In this document: piece by piece, positions 30,874-39,057 of the stretch | Layout: each line of letters starts with the position of its first letter | How positions within the stretch are numbered: position 1 is the stretch's first letter | DNA from: an uncultured Eubacteriales bacterium | GTDB lineage: Bacteria > Acidobacteriota > Aminicenantia > Aminicenantales > Aminicenantaceae | Reading direction: 5' to 3' | Length of the DNA stretch: 64,000 bases | Assembly (NCBI GenBank): GCA_964540205.1 | Contig: CAZIMJ010000163.1 | Location: 2,847 to 66,846, forward strand | The notes under the pieces: model-generated | Seen by the model: the letters and a program-made list of their open reading frames with translations, nothing else | Told to the model about the DNA's origin: nothing | Databases searched by the model: none | Made by a program: the position numbers and the translations under genes

Positions 30874-31437
30874 TCAGGATGACTCCTTATTGTAAATTCC
30901 CTTTTCAAACAGTCCCTGTCTTAAATCAGCAAGCCCACGAGAGAGTAAATTTCTGGTTTTCCCGTCACTCCAATTAAAAAATTCTGATATCTCATTCAGA
31001 TCCATCCCTATAAGGTAGAGTTTGAGAACCTGCCGGCGAGATTCAATCAACGTGTCGACTGCCTTTCTGATGAGTTCTATCAACTCTTTCTTTTCATACT
31101 GCCTATCCGGATTATGCATTAGTACCTGAGGGATGTCTTCGATTGAGACAGTGCTTTCCCTTTGTAGCAACAGTTGTTTCTTCTGTAAAAATATTTTTTT
31201 CATAACTCTACAGGTCGTCGTGTATGTCACCTTCCATATATAAGAGCCGAAATTATGGATTTCCTTCTCACTTTTAAGGATTTCCCTCCAGATTTTTATT
31301 TTGACTTCCTGTTCGATATCGTCCATATCGGATAGATCTATCTGGGGAGAAGTTTTACGAATCGCAGACCGTATGAGCTGTGAGAAATGCTCGATAGTGA
31401 TTTCAATTTCTGAAATTTTTTCTGCCGACTTTGCCAT
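30874..31437 (-). CDS. ECF-subfamily RNA polymerase sigma-70 factor
   Basis: 187 aa with sigma-70 region 2 and region 4 similarity. Followed by the anti-sigma gene. Confidence 0.7.
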   Translation of the reverse strand: MAKSAEKISEIEITIEHFSQLIRSAIRKTSPQIDLSDMDDIEQEVKIKIWREILKSEKEIHNFGSYIWKVTYTTTCRVMKKIFLQKKQLLLQRESTVSIEDIPQVLMHNPDRQYEKKELIELIRKAVDTLIESRRQVLKLYLIGMDLNEISEFFNWSDGKTRNLLSRGLADLRQGLFEKGIYNKESS

Positions 31438-31449
31438 TGCGACACGTTT

Positions 31450-31465
31450 TACTGATTATAATCAG
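31450..31465. promoter_or_regulatory. Perfect 16-bp palindrome actgattataatcagt containing a TATAAT box, 13 nt upstream of the sigma-factor start
   Basis: Self-complementary. Candidate -10 element and/or operator in the divergent control region. Confidence 0.35.
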
Positions 31466-31517
31466 TTTTTCGCGCTCAGGCAAAAAAAAATACTAGAAAT
31501 TTTCTTTTTGAGTGAGA

Positions 31518-31545
31518 GGAATTCGGGTCTTAATGGCTCTTCTAA
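31518..31545 (+). promoter_or_regulatory. Candidate ECF (sigmaE-like) promoter: GGAAT -N18- TCTAA
   Basis: ggaattcgggtcttaatggctcttctaa lies about 20 nt upstream of SD aaggagg and the ATG at 31565. Spacing matches the GGAACTT-N16-TCTAA class. Confidence 0.4.
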
Positions 31546-31564
31546 ATGATAAGGAGGTGTATAC

Positions 31565-32053
31565 ATGAAAGCTTTAAATCCACATTATGGAAAAAACATG
31601 TTGTTTAGGTCAGTTTGTGCATTATCATTGAGTTTTATTCTGATTGCTGTATTTGTCTCCGGGAATGTCTATGCACAAGGTGATCCTGAGCCTGAAGAGA
31701 GCATAGTACAGGCAGCGAAAAGTGCCCTTGGGAAAATGGGAATATCTCTAGGAAATAACCTTGGCAAAGTCCGTAATGAGGCATCCACATGGGTATTCAG
31801 TGCCAAGATCGGGGATACGGCAAAAGCATTAAACTTAGGAGTGGGGCTCGCAGAACCACGTCCAACTCCTGTCAAATCAGGAACTGAGATTTTTCTGACT
31901 GTTGGCCCAAAGGGGAAGGTGACTTTTTATATCGATTCTCAGAATAAGATGAGAAACAACAGAAACAGCAGCACATCCGTTTCGATCAACAAAGATGTTA
32001 TTCTAAATGACATCGTCATCCAATCCGCGTCTTTCCCGGCAGTTGAAAGGTAA
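31565..32053 (+). CDS. Hypothetical secreted protein (signal peptide)
   Basis: 162 aa with strong RBS. Signal peptide …LIAVFVSGNVYAQG. First gene of a four-gene same-strand cluster. Confidence 0.4.
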   Translation: MKALNPHYGKNMLFRSVCALSLSFILIAVFVSGNVYAQGDPEPEESIVQAAKSALGKMGISLGNNLGKVRNEASTWVFSAKIGDTAKALNLGVGLAEPRPTPVKSGTEIFLTVGPKGKVTFYIDSQNKMRNNRNSSTSVSINKDVILNDIVIQSASFPAVER

Positions 32054-32149
32054 GTCAGTCTCGATATCATCGATATTGAGGGGTTGAGTATTTTTTATCT
32101 GGATATATGAGTTTTAGCCTGGTTTTATGAGATCTATAGGAGGTGAACA

Positions 32150-32665
32150 ATGAGAAAAATCCTATCTTTTTTAGTCATTCTGTTTTTGGTTGCGGGAATA
32201 TCCTCTCTGGCAGCAACAAAAACTCTGACCGTGAGACAGGCAGAAGCCTCGATGGGTTCCGGCATCCTATTGTTTAAAATCGAGGAACTTAAGGATTGTG
32301 TTATGGAATGCAGAGATGATTTGTCCAAGCTTACAGAAAAGGGATGCAAATGCTCCACAGAAATCCAGATCATAGATGGGTCATCCAACCGTGTTGTGGC
32401 TGATTTGGGAAAAATTAATGACATTGCCTCACCCTCTCAAATCAGTTGGATTCACAAGAAAGTCAGTGGAAATTCATTATTAGTCAAAATTAACGACGCC
32501 GGTTTTTTATCGGTCGCTCAGAAAAATTTTGAAGAGAATCGGTTTGGAGCCAAAATCTCTGGGAACTATTCGGTCAAATTGATACTTGGAGGAGTTGATG
32601 GGGAATGTGATGATGCAATTGTGATATCCCCGGAGGTGAAAGTTGAATTCCAAGTTTCTAAGTAA
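32150..32665 (+). CDS. Hypothetical secreted protein (signal peptide)
   Basis: 171 aa with RBS aggagg. Signal peptide …VAGISSLAATKT. Confidence 0.4.
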   Translation: MRKILSFLVILFLVAGISSLAATKTLTVRQAEASMGSGILLFKIEELKDCVMECRDDLSKLTEKGCKCSTEIQIIDGSSNRVVADLGKINDIASPSQISWIHKKVSGNSLLVKINDAGFLSVAQKNFEENRFGAKISGNYSVKLILGGVDGECDDAIVISPEVKVEFQVSK

Positions 32666-32714
32666 GAAAGATGAATATGTTGAGATAAAGAATAAGATTC
32701 CAACGGAGGTCAAA

Positions 32715-33266
32715 ATGAAAGAGAAAATAAAAATTCAGCCAATAATTGCTTACATGATAGCCCTCATGTTGATTGGCGGTGGTTTTTTTCTGTGTTGCCA
32801 AACGGAAGGCGAGGAGGGGAATAATCATCAGGTTACAGGGACATTCACTGTGGATGGGAAGGCCATCCCTCTCAAGTATGTTTACACCTGGCACGACTCA
32901 AGCTTTTCAGATGACACACAGAAAGATCTGATGTTCCTTTTTAGCGACAAGCCAGTTCCCGAAGATGCGGACATCCCCTTTGATCTGGGGGATTTAGGGA
33001 GGAAGGGAAAAATTCATGCCATCGAGGTGAGGTATTCCAAAAGTGAGCAGAGCATTGTGGGTGGAGCTATTCACCATGAAGCTTTTGGTAACATGATGAT
33101 GGCTTTCGGGGGGCAGTACCTCATCGTTTGCGAATTTTCAATATTGAATGAGCAATCAGCTGAAGGAAAGATTCACACAAACAAGCTTCAGGAGAGCTTC
33201 GACGACCATACATGGGAAGTCGAGGCAGAATTTAAAACGATTCTAAAAAAGGAGAAAAATCAATGA
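32715..33266 (+). CDS. Hypothetical membrane-anchored/lipoprotein
   Basis: RBS ggagg followed by ATG at 32715 (MKEKIKIQPIIAYMIALMLIGGGFFLCC). 3' end overlaps the next gene by 4 nt. Confidence 0.4.
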   Translation: MKEKIKIQPIIAYMIALMLIGGGFFLCCQTEGEEGNNHQVTGTFTVDGKAIPLKYVYTWHDSSFSDDTQKDLMFLFSDKPVPEDADIPFDLGDLGRKGKIHAIEVRYSKSEQSIVGGAIHHEAFGNMMMAFGGQYLIVCEFSILNEQSAEGKIHTNKLQESFDDHTWEVEAEFKTILKKEKNQ

Positions 33267-34030
33267 AGAAGGTAATCTGTGTTTTGTTCGGTTTTTTTAT
33301 GGTCATGGCAGTCTCTAACATTGCCGTCGCAGGCCAAAAGCCCCCGAAGCTTGAGTGCAGGAAAATGGCACTTCAAATGGCTAAAGCCTTTGACAAACGA
33401 GACATCAGTATTCTTCAAGAGCTAAGCGGCCAAGAGGCATCCGATGAGGAGGCTGAGCAGTTTAAACAAGAAATGGATGCGATGGACGAACAAGGTGTTC
33501 TTGCACCGATGATCGAAAGGATGCGCAACTTTCCGGAAATTGGCGAAATCCCGGATTGGGTTACGCATGTAACAATTGAATACAGGTATGTAGACGGAGA
33601 GCGGCAGATTGAATTCGAATCGGAATTTATATTTAAAGATGGCGCCTGGAAAGTTGATCTATTTTCTCCGAACGAAAGTGGAGATTTTGAAAGCGAGAAG
33701 GATTGGATATTGAAGAACTCTATCCCTGCCCCACCCGAAGGCCAGAAGACAATTGACGCCGGATTCAATGAGGTCATAAACAGGGTTGTTTCGGCAATCA
33801 AAGAGGAAGACGATGAGACGCTCTCTGAACTTACACCATTACGCATTCATGAAATCCAGGGAGAAAAAGAAAAGTATATTCAACTGCTGTCCCAATTCCC
33901 GACAGTTGGACCCATACCGGCACCACTCCTAGAATTTGAAATAACATTAGAGGGCGAGGATGCAGAAATCACGGTCGATTTTGAATGCCCGGAGAACAAA
34001 CTCAAAATCGTGAAGCTCGCGGTTTTTTAA
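33263..34030 (+). CDS. Hypothetical secreted protein (signal peptide), acidic
   Basis: 255 aa. Signal peptide …AVSNIAVAGQ. Translationally coupled to the upstream gene. Confidence 0.4.
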   Translation: MKKVICVLFGFFMVMAVSNIAVAGQKPPKLECRKMALQMAKAFDKRDISILQELSGQEASDEEAEQFKQEMDAMDEQGVLAPMIERMRNFPEIGEIPDWVTHVTIEYRYVDGERQIEFESEFIFKDGAWKVDLFSPNESGDFESEKDWILKNSIPAPPEGQKTIDAGFNEVINRVVSAIKEEDDETLSELTPLRIHEIQGEKEKYIQLLSQFPTVGPIPAPLLEFEITLEGEDAEITVDFECPENKLKIVKLAVF

Positions 34031-34064
34031 CTGGATTTCAGTTGCTTGTCAGCAGTCTCCGGGA

Positions 34065-34247
34065 TTAATTTATGATCCGATCAGCGGCTTTTTGCATGGC
34101 TTGCTGATTGAGCTCATGCCCTCCATTGAACTCGACGTAAGTCACATCATATCCATTTTGCTCCAGGAGTCTTTTAGATTCTCTGGCATGCTTAACGTTG
34201 AGCATATCGTCATTTGTGCCGGGTGCGATGAAAACGCGCCAGTTCAT
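34065..34247 (-). pseudogene. C-terminal remnant of an alpha/beta-hydrolase (esterase/dienelactone-hydrolase-like) gene
   Basis: 60 aa (…NGYDVTYVEFNGGHELNQQAMQKAADRII) matches esterase C-termini. The in-frame stop lies 3 codons upstream of its ATG, and no catalytic domain is present. Confidence 0.35.
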
Positions 34248-34590
34248 CTTCTCCCATCAGGGCATAGCAGCAGGACAGATTGTATATAGCTCCTTCATCA
34301 GCGAAGTCATGACTCAGCACATAAAGATAATATTGAGCGGCCTCCTTGAATTTCCCTTTTCTATAGGCCAAAGTCGCGCTTTGGAGATAATAATTGACAT
34401 CAACATCCAAGAAATCACAGATCCCTTTCTTGAAGGGATCGATCACCTCTGGTTTAGACCAATCCGTAATTTCGTCTATATCTTTTTTTTTATCAGATGC
34501 ATGGCTAGTTAAACAAAAAAGTATCACTAAAAAGAAAATGAATAACTTTCTGATGCACGATGAACGTTTCATTGAGCCACCTCTCGACAA
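34210..34590 (-). CDS. Small secreted TPR-like protein (possibly 3'-truncated)
   Basis: Signal peptide followed by a single TPR-like motif (AYRKGKFKEAAQYYLYVLS…). Ends abruptly and overlaps the esterase remnant. Confidence 0.3.
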   Translation of the reverse strand: MSRGGSMKRSSCIRKLFIFFLVILFCLTSHASDKKKDIDEITDWSKPEVIDPFKKGICDFLDVDVNYYLQSATLAYRKGKFKEAAQYYLYVLSHDFADEGAIYNLSCCYALMGEDELARFHRTRHK

Positions 34591-34760
34591 TTTTATTACA
34601 GAGTGTACATTTCTTATTTGAAATTTACCAATTCTAGTATCCTCAAAAATTATTCATCTTAAAAGTACATTTTTGGGGGCAAAAAGGGCATTTTAAGGCA
34701 AATAATTAGCAGGTTTTGTCGGTTAATTTTTTTATTTTCAAGAAAATAGGCCAGCCAAAG

Positions 34761-34783
34761 CACATATGTACATATGTACATAT
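34761..34783. repeat. Palindromic alternating repeat (CATATGTA)n just 3' of the histone-fold gene
   Basis: cacatatgtacatatgtacatat. Self-complementary alternating purine/pyrimidine run. May act as a terminator or structural site. Confidence 0.6.
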
Positions 34784-34794
34784 TCTTTTACAAC

Positions 34795-34974
34795 TCAGCG
34801 GGATCTCCACTCCTTTACTGCAAGCATGACATCCCTATCCTTGACAGTTCGTCTTCCTGCGTGTTCCGCAAGGTCTTTGCTTCGTTCGGCGATCTCTCTC
34901 GCGATCTCCTCGACCGACCGCGCCAGTTCCCGCCTACTCGATGAATCTGATGTACCAAAGGTCTCCTTTATCAT
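34795..34974 (-). CDS. Histone-fold protein (archaeal HMfB-like), 59 aa; not present in the ORF track (below its length cut-off)
   Basis: The minus-strand ORF reads MIKETFGTSDSSSRRELARSVEEIAREIAERSKDLAEHAGRRTVKDRDVMLAVKEWRSR. Residues 17-55 align with HMfB helix 2, loop 2 and helix 3 (…[33 protein letters not shown]…). The HAGR+T+K-D-+-LAV 'RT clamp' region is conserved. Confidence 0.55.
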   Translation of the reverse strand: MIKETFGTSDSSSRRELARSVEEIAREIAERSKDLAEHAGRRTVKDRDVMLAVKEWRSR

Positions 34975-35170
34975 AGAGATATTGAAATAGCTGAGAAAGG
35001 ACGGATAACACCGGCAAAATCCTCAAAGATAACATCAAGGCCAATCCCTCACTTTTCTTCCTAAACCATTGACCGTGGGTTTTTGTGTGTGATAGGCTTC
35101 CCATGATTTACTAAAGGATGCAACAAAAGCTATAAATCCGGAATATATTTAGATCTGAAAAGGAGTGACT

Positions 35171-37309
35171 ATGCAAAAACCCATACATCTTATCGGATTT
35201 CTCTTAGCGATACTGTTGGTACTTTTGGCTATTGGAATCTCTGCAAATGAACAAGCGAACATCCCAGGTCCATCTTTTGAAGAGATCATCTCGATTAGGA
35301 GTGTTGGAGGGCTGGTTATTTCTCCGGATGGAAAAAGTATTGCCTTCGGGGTACACACAACGGACTGGGAGAACAATCGCTATGATAGCGAGATCTGGCT
35401 GGCCCGTGACGGAGAAGAACCTTTCCAACTCACGCGTACCAAGAACGGGAGCAGCAGTTCACCCCAGTGGTCACCGGACGGGAAATGGCTAGCATTTCTA
35501 ACAGATCGCGGTGAAAGAAGACAGATCTATTTGATCCGTCCCAATGGTGGTGAAGCTCAAAAAATCACAGAAGCCAAAGAGGGCATCAACAGCTTCGAGT
35601 GGTCCCCTGATGGCACGCAGATCCTTTTCGCTAAGAGTGATGAAATAGAGAGCAAAGAAGAACGAGAGAAACGATTCGGAAAATTCGCAGTAGAGGACGC
35701 CGAGTATCAATTCACACATCTGTGGATCGTTGATGTGAAGCATGACTTATGGCCATCGCCTGAAGAAGTTCCGTGTCACGAATCAGACACCAAAACCGAT
35801 TCCAACAAAGATGATTCTGATCCACAAAATACAAAAGATGACTGTATCTCTCTGCCAAAACCAAAGCAGTTAACAAAAGGGGATAAGTTTACCGTATATA
35901 GTTATTCCTTTTCACCTGATGGAAAAAAAGTGGCTTTTTCCCATCAAGTCAATCCGCTCCGAAATTCGTACACGACCTCGGACATTTCAATTCTGAATAT
36001 GGAAACAGGCGGAATCCAGCCATTGGTGAGCAATCCTGGTTATGATGGAGACCCCATCTGGTCACCTGATTCCAGATGGATCCTTTATTATACAGCAGCA
36101 GGAAACACAACATCGGATTATTACTTGAATGGGCAAATTCACAAGATTTCTGCTGATGGTGGAGAATCCATCCGAATGGCTGATGACTTTGATGAGGATA
36201 TTCGTATTATTGATTGGAACTCCTCCGGCATATATTTCACGGCGTGGCAAAAAACAAAAAGACATCTCTTCTTCCTCGATCCCGATTCTGGAAAGACAAA
36301 ACATTTCGCAACAACACCCAGCTTAATCGGGTCGGTTGATTTTTCGGCGGATGGAAAAACATTGGCATTAAGTGGACAAAATCCAACCACGTTCTCCGAG
36401 ATCTACACAACATCTCGCAATAACTACAAGCCCGTAGCATTGACCAATTTTACCAAGCAAATCAAGGATTGGCATGTAGGAACAAGCGAAGTCATTGCAT
36501 GGAAAAGTAAAGACGGAGCGACTATAGAGGGAATTTTACACAAACCACATAATTTCGACCCTAATAAAAAACATCCTCTTTTCGTCATTATTCATGGAGG
36601 ACCAACCGGAATTGATTTTCCAGCTGTGAATACCGGGTACGTTTATCCTATGCTGCAGTGGTTAGAAAAAGGTGCTTTGGTATTGAAACCCAATTACCGC
36701 GGATCAGCTGGATACGGTGAAAAATTCCGATCTCTCAATGTCCGCAATCTGGGTGTCGGAGATATGTGGGATGTCATGTCGGGTGTGGATTTTCTTATTG
36801 AACAAGGCCTTGTGGATCCAGAAAAAATGGGAGCCATGGGTTGGAGTCAGGGTGGATACATATCCGCATTTTTAACGACCAACACGGATCGATTCAAAGC
36901 CATCTCTGTAGGAGCAGGTATATCGAATTGGATGACATACTACGTGAACACCGACATTCATCCATTCACCCGACAGTACTTGAAAGCAACTCCATGGGAT
37001 GACCCGGAGATCTATGCCAAAACATCGCCCATGAGCAACATCAAAAATGCACGGACGCCAACACTCATCCAGCACGGAGAATTTGACAGGCGCGTTCCCA
37101 TCCCGAATGCATATGAACTCTTCCAGGGACTACAAGACATTGGTGTTGAAACAGAATTGATCGTCTACAAAGGATTCGGGCACGGAATCAGCAAACCCAA
37201 GGAACGCCTTGCTGCTATGTGGCACAACTGGAAATGGTTCGCCAAATATATCTGGAATAAAGAGGTTACACTGCCATTAAAAATAGAGAAGGGCAACAAA
37301 GAGAAATAG
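35171..37309 (+). CDS. S9-family serine peptidase (prolyl oligopeptidase / acylaminoacyl-peptidase-like) with N-terminal beta-propeller
   Basis: RBS aaaaggag followed by ATG at 35171. WSPDG propeller repeats. Nucleophile GWSQGGYISAF. C-terminal DRRVP…GFGHGI. Confidence 0.8.
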   Translation: MQKPIHLIGFLLAILLVLLAIGISANEQANIPGPSFEEIISIRSVGGLVISPDGKSIAFGVHTTDWENNRYDSEIWLARDGEEPFQLTRTKNGSSSSPQWSPDGKWLAFLTDRGERRQIYLIRPNGGEAQKITEAKEGINSFEWSPDGTQILFAKSDEIESKEEREKRFGKFAVEDAEYQFTHLWIVDVKHDLWPSPEEVPCHESDTKTDSNKDDSDPQNTKDDCISLPKPKQLTKGDKFTVYSYSFSPDGKKVAFSHQVNPLRNSYTTSDISILNMETGGIQPLVSNPGYDGDPIWSPDSRWILYYTAAGNTTSDYYLNGQIHKISADGGESIRMADDFDEDIRIIDWNSSGIYFTAWQKTKRHLFFLDPDSGKTKHFATTPSLIGSVDFSADGKTLALSGQNPTTFSEIYTTSRNNYKPVALTNFTKQIKDWHVGTSEVIAWKSKDGATIEGILHKPHNFDPNKKHPLFVIIHGGPTGIDFPAVNTGYVYPMLQWLEKGALVLKPNYRGSAGYGEKFRSLNVRNLGVGDMWDVMSGVDFLIEQGLVDPEKMGAMGWSQGGYISAFLTTNTDRFKAISVGAGISNWMTYYVNTDIHPFTRQYLKATPWDDPEIYAKTSPMSNIKNARTPTLIQHGEFDRRVPIPNAYELFQGLQDIGVETELIVYKGFGHGISKPKERLAAMWHNWKWFAKYIWNKEVTLPLKIEKGNKEK

Positions 37310-37384
37310 ACCTCTAGAATTCTCTAATGTGCCCAAACGATATGCAGTAAAAATAACTCACGTTATTAGACTGGAGGATAAGAG

Positions 37385-37969
37385 ATGAGTTTCACAGATC
37401 CCAGTAAAACAACAATTCTCGTGCATGAGTTTTTCTGGTTTAAGATTCAGAAAGGATACTATCGAGAATTCGTAAAATCGATGGATTTAAAGGGTGATGA
37501 AAAGGTCCTAGATTTTGGTTGCGGTCCAGGTGCCGCATCAAAGTTCATCGCTTTGACGCTTGAAAAAGGAGAGGGTGAGCTGACCTGCTTCGATATATCC
37601 GAAAAATGGATCGAGCGTGCCAAAAAGAACTTGAGTCAATTTTCCGATGTCGAATACTATGTTGAGGATATTCGAAAGTGGGATGAGAAGAATGATTATT
37701 ATGACACAGTAGTCGTCCATATCATGCTTCATGACATCCCCCAATCTGAAAGGCCGGAGTTTATAAAGGTTCTTGCACAGAAGATGAAGGTTGGCGCTAC
37801 TCTTATTATCCGAGAGCCAACTAAGGAAGGGCATGGAATTCTCCCTGAAGAAATTCAAGAGTTGATGCAAAAGAACAGTTTGAAGGAAATGACCTCTGAA
37901 ATAGCCAAGCGCGCTTTTATGGGGACCTCATATACGGGATTTTACAGAAAGACGGAAGAGAATATGTGA
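37385..37969 (+). CDS. Class I SAM-dependent methyltransferase
   Basis: Motif I VLDFGCGPGAAS. 194 aa. Confidence 0.65.
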   Translation: MSFTDPSKTTILVHEFFWFKIQKGYYREFVKSMDLKGDEKVLDFGCGPGAASKFIALTLEKGEGELTCFDISEKWIERAKKNLSQFSDVEYYVEDIRKWDEKNDYYDTVVVHIMLHDIPQSERPEFIKVLAQKMKVGATLIIREPTKEGHGILPEEIQELMQKNSLKEMTSEIAKRAFMGTSYTGFYRKTEENM

Positions 37970-37986
37970 TCGTATGAAAAAATCCA

Positions 37987-38724
37987 TTGGATTACTACTT
38001 ATTTTCCTTGGGAAGTACCCGCGAGCTTAAAGAATTGGCGAAAAAAGAGACTTCTAAAATCAAAAACATATTCAGAGGAATTGCGCTATTTGGCAGCCTT
38101 CTGGCCTTGTTTTTCGTTTCAGCAGGAACATTCAACTGGGCCGAAGCCTGGCTGTTTCTTTTTCTTTACGCAGTTGCAGTGACAGGAATGGTGGTCTGGA
38201 TGAAGAAAAATGCTCCGGAACTCCTCAAAGAACGAACGTCAAGAAAAAAAGACGCCAAAACCTGGGATAAAATTATCATGATTATTTATACTTTTCTGGT
38301 GATGGCCATGATTGCGGTTGCAAGCTTCGACGCCGTTCGATACCAGTGGTCTCATGTACCTTTAGGGGTAAGAGTTTTGGGATTTTTATGTTTTATCCCC
38401 GCATACATGTTGATCTTCTGGACAATGACCCAAAATCGCTATTTGTCCGACGTCGTCAGAATCCAGGAAGACCGAGGACATGAAGTCTGCACGACAGGAC
38501 CCTATAGATACGTCCGGCACCCCATGTATGTTGGAGTCATCATTTTCGTGCTTTGTCTCCCTCTAGCACTTGGATCCTACTTTGCGCTTTTCTTCAGTGT
38601 ACCTATTATATTCGTTTTCCTGATCCGAACCTCACTTGAAGACAATACCCTACAAAAAGAGCTGCCGGGTTATAAAGAATATGCAGAAGAGGTCCGGTAT
38701 AGGCTGATACCTGGATTGTGGTAG
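37987..38724 (+). CDS. Isoprenylcysteine-carboxyl-methyltransferase (ICMT)-family membrane methyltransferase
   Basis: Multi-TM protein. Motifs RYVRHPMYVG and C-terminal SLEDNTLQKELPGYKEYAEEV (RHPxY / EExxLxxxFGxxYxxY pattern). Confidence 0.55.
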   Translation: MDYYLFSLGSTRELKELAKKETSKIKNIFRGIALFGSLLALFFVSAGTFNWAEAWLFLFLYAVAVTGMVVWMKKNAPELLKERTSRKKDAKTWDKIIMIIYTFLVMAMIAVASFDAVRYQWSHVPLGVRVLGFLCFIPAYMLIFWTMTQNRYLSDVVRIQEDRGHEVCTTGPYRYVRHPMYVGVIIFVLCLPLALGSYFALFFSVPIIFVFLIRTSLEDNTLQKELPGYKEYAEEVRYRLIPGLW

Positions 38725-38737
38725 GTGTACAGCAATT

Positions 38738-39031
38738 TTGCCCGTCATTCTGGCCGCTGGGGCAACCGTCCCAGGTATGCCCATCATGGCATTCGCCCTG
38801 CTCTTATGCTATCTATCGGGCATTATGGGCATCCTCACTCCCTATGCCACAGGTCCAGCCCCGATTTATTTCGGAAGTAGTTACATCTCGCGAAAGGACT
38901 TCTGGACTCTGGGCCTCGTATTCGGCGCCATCTTCCTGCTCGCCCTGTTAATCAGCGTGCCATACCTATTAGCCATCTATCAACTTGAACAGAAAAAAAC
39001 TTTCCCTTCCTATGCGCGTATGACAAAATAG
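38738..39031 (+). pseudogene. C-terminal remnant of a DASS/SLC13-type anion transporter
   Basis: The 97-aa hydrophobic ORF contains …GILTPYATGPAPIYFGSSYISRKDFW…, matching the conserved C-terminal hairpin of DASS permeases. No upstream N-terminal part in any frame. Confidence 0.4.
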
Positions 39032-39057
39032 GGAGGAATTTTTTTAGTAGCTGCGGG

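Noticed and set aside
34766-34990. 74-aa plus-strand ORF in the 34.6-35.2 kb gap
   Set aside because: The opposite strand encodes the histone-fold ORF, which has strong similarity evidence. The plus-strand product is low-complexity (S/L/R-rich).
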